This document shows, piece by piece, positions 19,273 through 28,615 of a stretch of 64,000 nucleotides of DNA; position 1 is the first letter of the stretch; the number at the start of each line of letters is the position of its first letter. Source of the DNA: Patescibacteria group bacterium. GTDB lineage: Bacteria > Patescibacteriota > Microgenomatia > UBA1400 > Chisholmbacteraceae. Under the pieces are notes generated by a model. It was given only the letters and a program-made list of their open reading frames with translations, made no database searches and was not told where the DNA came from. The translations under genes and the position numbers were made by a program. The stretch covers positions 12,320-76,319 of the forward strand of contig JADFLW010000002.1 in NCBI GenBank assembly GCA_022564195.1, in the 5' to 3' direction.

Positions 19273-19479
19273 TCAAGACGATGAAGACTTTGGGCTCTTG
19301 CCGGTTTTTTGGAGACGAGCAAAAAACGCATCAATTTCATCAACGACATTTTGAGGACTAAGTTGGGCTTTGAGAAAATAGCCATCGGCGCCCATTGCAA
19401 ACGCCTGCTGAATGATATCCTCCTGACCTAAATTGGTAATAAGAAAGATAGGAGTATCATAAGCCTTCGAAGCAGGCAT
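19273..19479 (-). pseudogene. Response-regulator receiver domain 3' fragment (alpha3-beta5 region only)
   Basis: The C-terminal 68 aa of the 136-aa minus ORF read MPASKAYDTPIFLITNLGQEDIIQQAFAMGADGYFLK, covering the receiver beta4 and beta5-Lys regions. The N-terminal half of that ORF is antisense to the plus-strand fragment and has no DD/phospho-Asp region. Confidence 0.35.
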
Positions 19480-19486
19480 TCGAAGA

Positions 19487-19765
19487 GTGCGCAGAACGTC
19501 AATGCCGAAGATGAATGGTATTGAGGTGCTTGAGAAATTGAAATCCACTCCAAGCACGAAGGCAATTCCGGTGATCATATTGTCGAATTTAACCGAAGAC
19601 ACGCAACTAGATGAAGCCATGGCAAAGGGAGCAACCAAATACATCAAAAAAGTGAATTCCGACCCCATGCAAGTTGCCGACATGATCAGGGAAATAGTGC
19701 AAGAAAAATCTCAGGGAAAAATCCCTGAAAAAATCCCTGAAAATAAGGAAGAAGTGAACCCATGA
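19487..19765 (+). pseudogene. Response-regulator receiver domain 3' fragment
   Basis: GTG-initiated ORF reading MPKMNGIEVLEKLKS...IPVIILSNL...AMAKGATKYIKK, a receiver from just after the phospho-Asp onwards. All three upstream frames were checked and none encodes the beta1-beta3 half. Confidence 0.4.
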
Positions 19766-19844
19766 AATTCAGCCGCTGATAACGGCCAAGCCCTAGGGAC
19801 TCTCACTCCACACACAAGCACCTCCCGCTGACGCGTTGGCTCTC

Positions 19845-19872
19845 TTGAAAAACCGATGCTTTTCTATACAAT
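19845..19872 (+). promoter_or_regulatory. Putative promoter for the CheY-like gene (near-leaderless)
   Basis: TTGAAA, 16 nt, then TACAAT ending 9 nt before the ATG at 19882. No SD is apparent. Confidence 0.4.
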
Positions 19873-19881
19873 GAATGTGAG

Positions 19882-20289
19882 ATGAGAAACAGCAAGAAAA
19901 AAGTATTGTTGATTGAAGATGATGGAATGCTCCGCACGCTTTACACCGACCTACTCGAGGCAGAAGGGCTCGAGGTAGAACAGGCGGTGGAAGGAAACGA
20001 AGGAATGAAGAGAGCGAGTGAAGGCGGATACGATCTCATTCTCCTTGATATCCTTTTGCCTGGTATGCAGGGCCAAGAGATTTTGAAAAAGTTGCGTGAG
20101 AAACCGCCGATCCAACCCAACGGCCCCATTGTCATGCTCACCAATCAGAGTCAGAAAGAGGTGCTTGATGAATGTCGGGAGCTTGGTGCCGCTGGCGAGA
20201 TCATCAAGAGTGAGACAGAACAAGATCAGTTCATTCAGCTCATACACAAGTACCTAGATAGTCAAACCGGAAAAAGACCGGAGACGTAG
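19882..20289 (+). CDS. Stand-alone CheY-like response regulator (receiver only)
   Basis: KVLLIEDD, phospho-acceptor in DLILLDILLPGMQG, PIVMLTN, AAGEIIK. 135 aa. Confidence 0.85.
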   Translation: MRNSKKKVLLIEDDGMLRTLYTDLLEAEGLEVEQAVEGNEGMKRASEGGYDLILLDILLPGMQGQEILKKLREKPPIQPNGPIVMLTNQSQKEVLDECRELGAAGEIIKSETEQDQFIQLIHKYLDSQTGKRPET

Positions 20290-20319
20290 CCTCTACGTGA
20301 CGCTAAAAAACCTGCTCAA

Positions 20320-21999
20320 ATGGAACTGGCTCCTGAAACACTAAAGAAGATTCTTGTAGATTCTGGATTTGTCACTGCAGAGGAATTCGACGCAGCCGCT
20401 AAAGACGCAAAGGATTTCAACAAAGACATCGTCAATGTCTTAGTCTTCAGGAACCTGATCACCGAAGCTTCACTGGGCAAACTTGCAGCCAAGCACCTAG
20501 GGTTCCCCTACGCTCTAATTCGGAACAAGGCCATCCCCTCCAAGGTACTGGACCTCATACCGGAAAAAGTCGCCCACTCCTATAAACTCATCCCCTTTCA
20601 ACAAGAGAAAAATGAGCTTCACGTCGCGATGGAAGATCCGAAAGACTTCGAGGCTGTAGAATTCATGAAGCGCAGAACAGGCTTAAAGATTATTCCCTAC
20701 TACGCCACCGCCGCCGATCTCACAAAGGCCCTTGGCCAGTACAAACGCAATATCAGGGTCGAATTTGAAAACATCATCCAAGAAAACATCAAAAAAGCCG
20801 CCAAACTTGGGAAGGACGTTGCCAAAGCGGCTGAGGAATTACCGGTCATCAAAATCCTCGACACCGTGTTGGAGTTCGCCATTGCCGAGAGAGCCTCAGA
20901 CATCCACATTGAGACAACGCAGGAGACCCTCCTCATTCGATTCCGGGTTGATGGGGTCTTACGGGATATCATTACCCTACCGAAGGGAGTTCAACCGGCA
21001 ATCATTGCTCGGATCAAAATTCTTTCCTCTCTGAAGCTTGACGAACATCGGATTCCACAAGACGGCCGTTTCAAATTTCAAGCAGCAGAAGAGGCCATAG
21101 CCCTGAGGGTATCCATGCTTCCAGGGCATTTCGCAGAAAACGCCGTAATGCGACTCCTCCCGGAAACGGCTCGGCCCTTAAGCTTGGAAGAGCTCGGTTT
21201 AGCAAAAGAGGGTCTAGAGATTGTTCAGCGCAATATCAAGCAACCGCACGGAATGATATTGTCCACTGGCCCCACGGGTTCGGGGAAGACGACAACCCTC
21301 TATAGCATCCTGACGATTCTCAATACCACGGCGGTAAAAATCGTGACCGTTGAGGATCCTGTTGAGTACGGAATACGACGGGTGAGCCAGATACAAATCA
21401 ATCCGAAAGCAGGTTTAACCTTTGCCACAGGATTGCGCTCCATCCTTCGTCACGACCCGGATATCATCATGGTTGGAGAAATTCGTGATAACGAAACGGT
21501 AGAGATTGCAATTCACGCCGCGCTGACCGGCCACCTCGTACTTTCAACGCTGCATACCAACGACGCACCTGGGGCGATTCCCAGACTTTTGGATATGGGT
21601 GCGGAAGGGTATCTGGTTGCCTCTACCATCAACATGGTTATTGCCCAACGATTGGTCCGACGCATATGCCAAGCCTGCGTTCAGGAATACGGGCCCTCGG
21701 AGACGGAGCGTAAAGCATTAACAGTTCAGTTTGGCGAGAGTACCACCAAGATGAAATTCTTCAGAGGAAAAGGCTGTGATGAGTGTGGCGACTCAGGCTA
21801 CAAGGGACGAGTGGGCTTGTTTGAGGTCCTTGAAGTGGACGATATGATCCGTGAGTTAGCGGTGAAACGCTCCTCAGCTGATGAGATACGACAAGCAGCA
21901 GAAAAGAGGGGAATGGTATCGATGGTCCGGGATGGACTGAATAAAGTCTCTGCGGGGATCACAACGATCGAAGAGATCATGAGAGCGACACGCGAATAA
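20320..21999 (+). CDS. pilB: Type IV pilus assembly ATPase PilB (GspE family)
   Basis: N-terminal GSPII_E_N-like domain, Walker A LSTGPTGSGKTTTLYS, tetracysteine CQAC...CDEC. Confidence 0.9.
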   Translation: MELAPETLKKILVDSGFVTAEEFDAAAKDAKDFNKDIVNVLVFRNLITEASLGKLAAKHLGFPYALIRNKAIPSKVLDLIPEKVAHSYKLIPFQQEKNELHVAMEDPKDFEAVEFMKRRTGLKIIPYYATAADLTKALGQYKRNIRVEFENIIQENIKKAAKLGKDVAKAAEELPVIKILDTVLEFAIAERASDIHIETTQETLLIRFRVDGVLRDIITLPKGVQPAIIARIKILSSLKLDEHRIPQDGRFKFQAAEEAIALRVSMLPGHFAENAVMRLLPETARPLSLEELGLAKEGLEIVQRNIKQPHGMILSTGPTGSGKTTTLYSILTILNTTAVKIVTVEDPVEYGIRRVSQIQINPKAGLTFATGLRSILRHDPDIIMVGEIRDNETVEIAIHAALTGHLVLSTLHTNDAPGAIPRLLDMGAEGYLVASTINMVIAQRLVRRICQACVQEYGPSETERKALTVQFGESTTKMKFFRGKGCDECGDSGYKGRVGLFEVLEVDDMIRELAVKRSSADEIRQAAEKRGMVSMVRDGLNKVSAGITTIEEIMRATRE

Positions 22000-22032
22000 T
22001 CAAAAATCCTCCACAACAGCGAAAGTTCCACT

Positions 22033-23256
22033 ATGGCGACATTTGAATACAAAGCCAGAGACAATAAGGGAAAAATCGTTCAAGATATCATTGAATCCAC
22101 TTCACGAAAAGAAGCAGCAAGTATCCTCCGCGACCGTGGTTTCCAGGTTCTTGTTGTTCGAAAAACCAAACCAACACAGAAGTTTCTTGACCGAATGCAA
22201 AAGGTGTCGCTGGTTGAAAAGGCGACCTTCTGCCGCTTTCTCTCGACGATGATAAAAGCAGGCCTCCCACTTGTAGAGGCAGTAGAGATCATGTCGAAAG
22301 AAGCCACAAATCGAAAGATGCGCAGAATCCTTCACGATCTGCAGTATAGTCTTCAACGAGGGCAAAAACTCTCAAACATCTTTGCTCGCTATCCCGAAGT
22401 CTTTGACACCGTTTTTGTCACCTTAACCCGCGCCGGTGAGGAGTCGGGGACGCTTGAGCAATCGTTTGAATACTTGTCAAAGCAATTGATGGCCAATTAC
22501 GAACTTTCTCAACAAGTAAAAGGCGCACTGCTCTATCCGGCTGTCATCATCTCCGCAATGATGGGTGTTGGAGTGCTGATGATCACCTTCGTCCTTCCCA
22601 GAATAAGTCAGGTTTTTTTGCGTCTCAACGTCGAACTTCCAATTGCAACCAGGTTGCTCCTGAACACAAGCAGCTTCTTGGGGAACAATATCCCCTGGGT
22701 TTTGCTCACCCTAGGGATCGTCGTGGTTTCAACAGTAGTACTGTTGCGTAATCCCAAAGCAAGAAAAACATTGATACAAATGGTAGGCAAATTACCGGTG
22801 CTGTCGCGGTTGTTTGACCAACTCGACCTGGCTCGCTTCTCAAGAACATTGGGCACGCTGTTAAAGTCCGGTGTACCGATCATCGACTCCATTAAAATCT
22901 CGGTTGAATTATTAGGACAAAAGAAGTTTGCCGCACTAGGAAAAACATTTGAGGAAGAAATTCAAAAAGGACATTCACTCTCAGATGCCATTGCAAAGGA
23001 AGAAGGGGTATTTCCGGGACTCATGACGCAGTCCCTACGCGCAGGAGAGAAAACTGGAAGCTTGGAGGTGGTACTTGAAGAATTGGCGGATTTTTACGAA
23101 CGGGAGGTCGAACATACCCTCAAAAGCCTTACTTCGATCCTTGAGCCGGTGCTGATGCTTGTCATCGGTGTTGCTGTTGGTGCCATGGTGATATCCATTA
23201 TCGCTCCAATCTACAGCATCGTCGGCAACCTCCAACCCACCCAGCCAGGATCGTGA
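22033..23256 (+). CDS. pilC: Type IV pilus inner-membrane platform protein PilC (GspF family)
   Basis: Two T2SS_F repeats and 3 TM helices. N-terminus MATFEYKARDNKGKIV. Confidence 0.9.
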   Translation: MATFEYKARDNKGKIVQDIIESTSRKEAASILRDRGFQVLVVRKTKPTQKFLDRMQKVSLVEKATFCRFLSTMIKAGLPLVEAVEIMSKEATNRKMRRILHDLQYSLQRGQKLSNIFARYPEVFDTVFVTLTRAGEESGTLEQSFEYLSKQLMANYELSQQVKGALLYPAVIISAMMGVGVLMITFVLPRISQVFLRLNVELPIATRLLLNTSSFLGNNIPWVLLTLGIVVVSTVVLLRNPKARKTLIQMVGKLPVLSRLFDQLDLARFSRTLGTLLKSGVPIIDSIKISVELLGQKKFAALGKTFEEEIQKGHSLSDAIAKEEGVFPGLMTQSLRAGEKTGSLEVVLEELADFYEREVEHTLKSLTSILEPVLMLVIGVAVGAMVISIIAPIYSIVGNLQPTQPGS

Positions 23257-23370
23257 AGGCTGATGTGAGTTTTACCACTCTAAAGGAACGCGCTATAATG
23301 GAATACGCGTGTACCCCGCGTCTCCTGCTTGTTCCGAGCGAAGTCGAGGGAAGCGCCCGAAGGGCCTGCC

Positions 23371-24801
23371 ATGTTCCCGTTTACGAAAAGCCGCAACTAC
23401 CCCAGCCTCATAATCTCCGAAGAGAAGATTCAAGTCATACAGCTTGATAATTCTGGTAAAAAAGTGAGTCAGTTAGCGGAGGAAAGGCTTTCACCAGAAA
23501 CTATCGTGAGGGGAACGGTGAAAGACGCCTCGCGCCTTGCTGAATCTTTAAAGAAGCTCTTTGGGGCCGCAAATATTCAAGAGCGTCTTGTCGTTGTTGG
23601 GATTCCAGAAAACAAGTGCTACACCAAAGTTTTCGACCTTCCAAAACTCAAGATCGATGAGCTTGGAGAAGCAGTAAGCTGGGAAGCTGACACGTATCTC
23701 CCGGTTGAGTCCGAAAAGGTTCATATGGACTGGAAGATCATCAGTGAGGAAGAGAAGGACACCATCCGGGTTCTTTTGATTGCCGTACCAAAGGAAATCA
23801 TTGAAGGGTACACGGCTGCCTTACAAGAAGGAGGTCTTACCCCAGTTGCCTACGAGACAACAGCGTTGTCACTGATTCGCCTAATTGAAAAGCAGAAAAT
23901 TCGGGCCCTTATCATAGAAATTCAAAGCCAGCATGCAACGCTCACCTTATCGAAAGGCAAAGCGATTGAGGCAAGCTCAATCGTAGCATTCAGCGGGGAA
24001 GATGAAGGAAAGGGTCTCAAGCACCTCATCCAGACAGTGAATGAAATGCTCACCTACTATGAAGAAAAACGGAAAGGCGATGAAAAAGTCAAAAGTATCT
24101 ACATCTGTGGTGAAGGGGCAACTGATACGGTTCGCAACCAGATCGCTCAAGGCACGAATCGAGATGTCAAGTTTGTCCCAATACCGATAGAGAATATGCC
24201 GGAAGGAAAAGATCAAAGCTTCGCGGTCATTGCGTCACTTGCGAAAAAAGACATTCAAGCACCGAAGGATGAAGACACGATCAATTTACTTCCTCCGGCA
24301 ATCCAGCAGGGATTAGACCGCATAAGGAGCAGAAGAGTCAATAAATTACTGCTCACCATAAGTACAGGAGTAACCACATCCACAACAGTAGCTTCTCTCA
24401 TTGCACTCATAGCCTTAAAAAGCATGAACGCTTCTTTAGAATCAGAAAAGCTTGAGCTTTCACCTTTACCTCCGGAAGCGGGAACGGCCATCACAGAAAC
24501 CCAGCGCCTCAACCTCGCTGCAAACACGATAGTCAAGGTCGGAACGAGTCGAGTGTTTCCGCAACGGAGAATCGCAAACACATTGGGCAGTATCCCTGAA
24601 GGGGTGAGTGTTGTTCGTATCACCCTTGATGAAAAAGGAAAGAAAATACAAATTTCTGGACGGGCCCGTACCCGTGCTGAACTTCTGAAGTTCAAGGATA
24701 ACCTGGAAGGAACGCAAGATTTCAGCAAGGCAATACTTCCTCTCTCTAGCCTGCAGCAATCGGAAAATATCGATTTTATCATAACCTTGAACATCAACTG
24801 A
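23371..24801 (+). CDS. pilM: PilM (actin-like ATPase) fused to a TM segment and a PilN-like C-terminal region
   Basis: PilM-like N-terminal ~330 aa (VVGIPENKCYTKVFDLPKLKIDELGEAVSWEADTYLP), a TM helix (LLLTISTGVTTSTTVASLIALIAL), then ~130 aa of periplasmic tail. The ORF-track start at 23329 is an alternative. Confidence 0.65.
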   Translation: MFPFTKSRNYPSLIISEEKIQVIQLDNSGKKVSQLAEERLSPETIVRGTVKDASRLAESLKKLFGAANIQERLVVVGIPENKCYTKVFDLPKLKIDELGEAVSWEADTYLPVESEKVHMDWKIISEEEKDTIRVLLIAVPKEIIEGYTAALQEGGLTPVAYETTALSLIRLIEKQKIRALIIEIQSQHATLTLSKGKAIEASSIVAFSGEDEGKGLKHLIQTVNEMLTYYEEKRKGDEKVKSIYICGEGATDTVRNQIAQGTNRDVKFVPIPIENMPEGKDQSFAVIASLAKKDIQAPKDEDTINLLPPAIQQGLDRIRSRRVNKLLLTISTGVTTSTTVASLIALIALKSMNASLESEKLELSPLPPEAGTAITETQRLNLAANTIVKVGTSRVFPQRRIANTLGSIPEGVSVVRITLDEKGKKIQISGRARTRAELLKFKDNLEGTQDFSKAILPLSSLQQSENIDFIITLNIN

Positions 24802-24802
24802 T

Positions 24803-25384
24803 ATGCAAAAGACCAAAGCAGCAGAGTTGCCAAAGCGAGCGATCTCACCAGAGAAGCTTCGGAGATACCTCCCCGCCGTGGTCACAGGAGTCAATATTGT
24901 CTTGTTATTTACGAATGTGCTCATTCTGTCGCTCCTGCCGAACCAAGTCGAGAAGAATATCATCGCAAGAAGCGAGATTTTAGCGCACCAGCTTCAGCTG
25001 CAAAATACTCAGAAGCTTGTCGTGGATCTGGAGAACACCCAAAAGGAACAAGCCCGGATCCACCAATCATTGCCAACCAAGGAGAGACTCCTTGAAGTCA
25101 TTGAACTCTTAGAAAGTCTCAAGGAAGTTACTCAAGTGAAAAGCTTTACATTTGCGGGCGATGTGCCGAGAAAAGACACCACAGGATTGAGCTTTTTGCC
25201 ACTGACGCTTACACTTGAAGGATCATTGCAGCAAACGATGGCAGCCCTCGTAAGGCTCAGCCGGTCGCCATACCTTTTGACTGTCGAACATACGGTCATG
25301 GAGAGCCCAGGAGGAGTATCGCAAACGATAAATGTGAAAGTCTTTATGCGTCTTTATGTCAAAGAACAATTTGCCGAAAATTAG
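24803..25384 (+). CDS. PilO-like pilus assembly protein
   Basis: Single N-terminal TM, coiled coil, C-terminal domain; lies after pilM-N. Assignment by context and architecture only. Confidence 0.45.
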   Translation: MQKTKAAELPKRAISPEKLRRYLPAVVTGVNIVLLFTNVLILSLLPNQVEKNIIARSEILAHQLQLQNTQKLVVDLENTQKEQARIHQSLPTKERLLEVIELLESLKEVTQVKSFTFAGDVPRKDTTGLSFLPLTLTLEGSLQQTMAALVRLSRSPYLLTVEHTVMESPGGVSQTINVKVFMRLYVKEQFAEN

Positions 25385-25649
25385 CTCAAAAGCCGTCTTT
25401 GGGGCGGTCGTCGTACTCGTGTTATTGGTGTTGGTGGCAATAAATGCAAGGGTAATTCTTGAAAACATGCTGCGTGCTAGAGGGATCGACGAACAGATCG
25501 TCTCAAAGGCGAACCCCAGTCTCAACCGTGCTTTGCTGCAAGAGGCGGTAGACGTTCTCGAGATTTTCCCGGAAGGTGATTTGACAAGCATTTTTTCCTC
25601 TGTTACATTAGAAAAAGAGGCTACGGCAGCAGGTTCCACAGCGCAGTAA
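25356..25649 (+). CDS. Small single-TM hypothetical protein (possible minor pilus assembly component)
   Basis: 97 aa, with the TM AVFGAVVVLVLLVLVAI. Overlaps the end of the pilO-like gene by 29 nt. Confidence 0.3.
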   Translation: MSKNNLPKISSKAVFGAVVVLVLLVLVAINARVILENMLRARGIDEQIVSKANPSLNRALLQEAVDVLEIFPEGDLTSIFSSVTLEKEATAAGSTAQ

Positions 25650-25913
25650 GGAACCACGGCCGGTACAGTCGATATACAAAGATAACGAGGACATCAAGAC
25701 AGCGTACTCTCCACTGCCCCCTCACGACGATTACAAAACGCAGTGTTCACCAGAGGCAGAGTAGAGGAATAGCGCAAAACCCAGGGAATCTTGGAAAGTG
25801 GAGGGTTGGACTGGGGGCGCTAATCAAAGGGATATCAGGCTACAAGGCGACAAGAGAAGTATTTTTGGACAAAAACATTGATAAGGACCATTGAAGGGAG
25901 GTGAGTAAAGAAC

Positions 25914-26333
25914 ATGCTATCTAGAGTAAAGCAAGGGTTCACGCTCATCGAGCTTTTGGTTGTCATTGGAATCATCGCGATTCTTGCTGCAATAGTGTTG
26001 GTTGCGGTTAACCCGGCGCGGCAATTCGCCATCTCCCGTGACACCACCAGAAGAAACGATCTCTATCAGACGCTCAACGCCATATACCAATTCTCGGTGG
26101 ATAACAATGGGAACTTTCCGACCCAGATTACCACGACATTTACGGATATCGGCACGAACGGCTTAAACTTAGCAGCGGATCTCGTATCAACCTACATTCC
26201 TGCGATACCATTCGATCCACTCACTGGAGACCAGGCCACGACATTGTATGTCTTGGCACAGGAAACCAACGGGAGACTCACAGCTACGGCAACCGCGTCT
26301 GAGGTGGCCGTACCGATGACCCTGACACGCTAA
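25914..26333 (+). CDS. Type IV pilin (class III signal peptide)
   Basis: Prepilin leader KQGFTLIELLVVIGIIAILAAIV, with G at -1 and the E+5. Confidence 0.85.
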   Translation: MLSRVKQGFTLIELLVVIGIIAILAAIVLVAVNPARQFAISRDTTRRNDLYQTLNAIYQFSVDNNGNFPTQITTTFTDIGTNGLNLAADLVSTYIPAIPFDPLTGDQATTLYVLAQETNGRLTATATASEVAVPMTLTR

Positions 26334-26413
26334 ACTGAAAGATCGAAGAAACATCAAGCATGCCACACGTGCAGACCAGAACACTCTCACGTGTGCGCGA
26401 GGTAAGTGAAAGC

Positions 26414-26836
26414 ATGAAAGCAGTACAGCAGAAGGGCTTCACGTTGATAGAGCTGTTGGTAGTTATCGGTATCGTGGCAATTCTTGCCACCATCGTGCTC
26501 GTTGCCATTAATCCGGCACGGCAATTCGCCACAGCTAGAGACACAGCAAGAAGAAACGATGTCTATCAAATTCTGAATGCGGTGCATCAATATGCAGTGG
26601 ATAACGGTGGTCAATACCCGACGCAAATTGAAACCAACAACTGGATTGATATCGGCACGGGCGGCTTAAACTTAACAGCGGATCTCGTATCAACCTACAT
26701 TCCTGCAATACCTGTTGACCCACAAACAGGAGACGATGCCACGACCAACTATGTCCTTGCCAGAGAATCCGACGGAAGACTCACCGCGACTGCTTCAAGC
26801 GCCGAAGTAACCACTCCCCTCACCATCACCCGCTAA
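26414..26836 (+). CDS. Type IV pilin, tandem paralogue
   Basis: MKAVQQKGFTLIELLVVIGIVAILATIV. About 60% identical to the upstream pilin in the conserved N-terminus and the DLVSTYIPAIP region. The ORF-track start at 26360 is probably upstream of the real start. Confidence 0.85.
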   Translation: MKAVQQKGFTLIELLVVIGIVAILATIVLVAINPARQFATARDTARRNDVYQILNAVHQYAVDNGGQYPTQIETNNWIDIGTGGLNLTADLVSTYIPAIPVDPQTGDDATTNYVLARESDGRLTATASSAEVTTPLTITR

Positions 26837-26883
26837 TTAAGCTCCTCTCTATCTTGCCGCAATTCTATAAACCTTCTATGCTT

Positions 26884-27033
26884 ATGATAAGGTTACATAC
26901 CTTAGGTTTCCATACATAGGAACCTTATCATGGGGGTTCCAAGGGGATTCCCCCTTGGTCCCGACGTAATGTCGGGAGGGGAACAGGTCCGGCGGATGCC
27001 GGACCGCCAAGGGGTGGAACCCCTTGGAAACGA
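26884..27033 (+). repeat. Hairpin-rich structured element, copy A (candidate ncRNA / REP-like repeat)
   Basis: 10-bp inverted repeat tgataaggtt/aaccttatca. Hairpins ccaagggg-attc-ccccttgg, ccgacgtaatgtcgg, ggtccggcggatgccggacc. 3' module gaccgccaaggggtggaaccccttggaaacga is identical to 35151..35182. Confidence 0.6.
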
Positions 27034-27056
27034 GTTACTTGTTAACGAGTTTGTGA

Positions 27057-28586
27057 ATGCTTGCCAAAATATTCTCCGGAGCTACTGTTGGATTGGATTC
27101 TATTCCAATAGAAGTTGAAGTCGATGTTGCTGCAAGTGGACTGCCTTCATTTACCATTGTCGGCCTTCCCGGTAAAGCCGTAGAAGAATCAAAAGAACGC
27201 GTACGCAGCGCCATCAAAAACTCCGGTGCCCAATTCCCAGACAGAAAAATTACCGTGAATCTCGCCCCGGCTGATCTTCCGAAGGAAGGACCAGCCTACG
27301 ATTTGCCAATTGCACTAGGCCTGCTCATTGCATCCGGTCAAATCCAAGCAGATCTTACAGAAGCTCTTGTGTTTGGAGAACTCTCGCTAGATGGATCATT
27401 GCGTCACACCAACGGGGCACTACCACTCGTTCTCCTTACACGGGAGAGAAACTTTAAGCAAGTATTTCTCCCCGTAGTTAATGCGAAAGAAGCAGCGATC
27501 GTCGGAGGCGTAAAAATCTACCCAGTACGGACGATCAAACACCTTATTCAACACCTGACCAACCTAAAAGAGATCAAACCACACAGGCATCTGAAATTTA
27601 ATACATTAAAGTCCAGTGTTGACTTCATGTTTGATATGTTGGATGTTGTCGGCCAAGAGCACGCCAAAAGGGCACTCGAGATTGCCGCTGCAGGGGGGCA
27701 CAACCTCTTCATGCATGGGGTACCAGGGGCGGGAAAAACGATGCTGGCCCGCGCCTTCGCATCAATCCTGCCGCAACTCTCCAAGGAAGAAGCATTGGAA
27801 GTAACGAAGATCTATTCAATCAGTGGTAATATTCCACCAGGTGAGTCGATCATCAAGCACAGACCGTTTCGCAGTCCGCATCATACAAGCTCACGCATCG
27901 GCTTAATTGGCGGAGGAACCAAGCCAAAGCCAGGTGAGATCTCGCTCGCCCACCGGGGTGTGTTGTTTCTCGATGAATTTCCCGAATTCCCGCGGCACGT
28001 ACTCGAAAGCCTGCGCCAACCAATGGAGGACGGCATCGTGCAGATCTCCCGAGCGGTGGGAACGATGCAGTATCCCACGAAATTCACGTTGGTCGCGGCG
28101 GCCAACCCCTGCCCCTGCGGCTACTATGGGAGCAAGAAAAAGCCCTGCACCTGCCTACCAGGACAAGTCAGCCGCTACAGAAAGAAACTTTCCGGTCCCA
28201 TATTGGATCGGATTGATTTGCATGTTGAAGTTCCCGAAGTGAAGCTCAAGAAACTCACCTCCGATAAACCCACCGGCGAGAAATCAAAAACGATTCGTCA
28301 GCGAGTCCAAGCTGCGCGAATGCAGCAAAGGGTACGGTTCAAAGGCACAAATATCATCACCAATGCCGAGATGAGCAGCAAGCAAGTGAGGAAATTCTGT
28401 CCTCTTGACCCGGAGTGCAAATCACTCCTCACCTCCGCCACCGCCCAAATGGGCTTAACTGCTCGAAGCTACTTTAAAGTCATCAATGTCGCCCGCACCA
28501 TTGCAGATCTAGCCGGGAAAGAAGAAATCGCTACGAAACATTTGGCCGAAGCCCTCCAATACCGACCACAGGAAGAAATTATCTAA
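27057..28586 (+). CDS. comM: YifB/ComM family Mg-chelatase-like AAA+ ATPase
   Basis: N-terminal Lon-like domain (VGLDSIPIEVEVD...VGLPGKAVEESKERV), AAA+ Walker A GVPGAGKTMLA, C-terminal Mg-chelatase domain. Confidence 0.85.
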   Translation: MLAKIFSGATVGLDSIPIEVEVDVAASGLPSFTIVGLPGKAVEESKERVRSAIKNSGAQFPDRKITVNLAPADLPKEGPAYDLPIALGLLIASGQIQADLTEALVFGELSLDGSLRHTNGALPLVLLTRERNFKQVFLPVVNAKEAAIVGGVKIYPVRTIKHLIQHLTNLKEIKPHRHLKFNTLKSSVDFMFDMLDVVGQEHAKRALEIAAAGGHNLFMHGVPGAGKTMLARAFASILPQLSKEEALEVTKIYSISGNIPPGESIIKHRPFRSPHHTSSRIGLIGGGTKPKPGEISLAHRGVLFLDEFPEFPRHVLESLRQPMEDGIVQISRAVGTMQYPTKFTLVAAANPCPCGYYGSKKKPCTCLPGQVSRYRKKLSGPILDRIDLHVEVPEVKLKKLTSDKPTGEKSKTIRQRVQAARMQQRVRFKGTNIITNAEMSSKQVRKFCPLDPECKSLLTSATAQMGLTARSYFKVINVARTIADLAGKEEIATKHLAEALQYRPQEEII

Positions 28587-28615
28587 ATCTCCGCAGCCGT
28601 TCCTACCCATAGGGC

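Noticed and set aside
19273-19765. Shufflon/invertible-segment explanation for the receiver fragments
   Set aside because: Invertible C-terminal cassettes are arranged tail-to-tail next to a constant 5' region. Here the fragments are head-to-head with no shared N-terminal module and no flanking inverted repeats that I could see.
24255-24963. Minus-strand ORFs (197 aa, 165 aa) inside pilM-N
   Set aside because: They are antisense to the T4P gene and carry no motifs.
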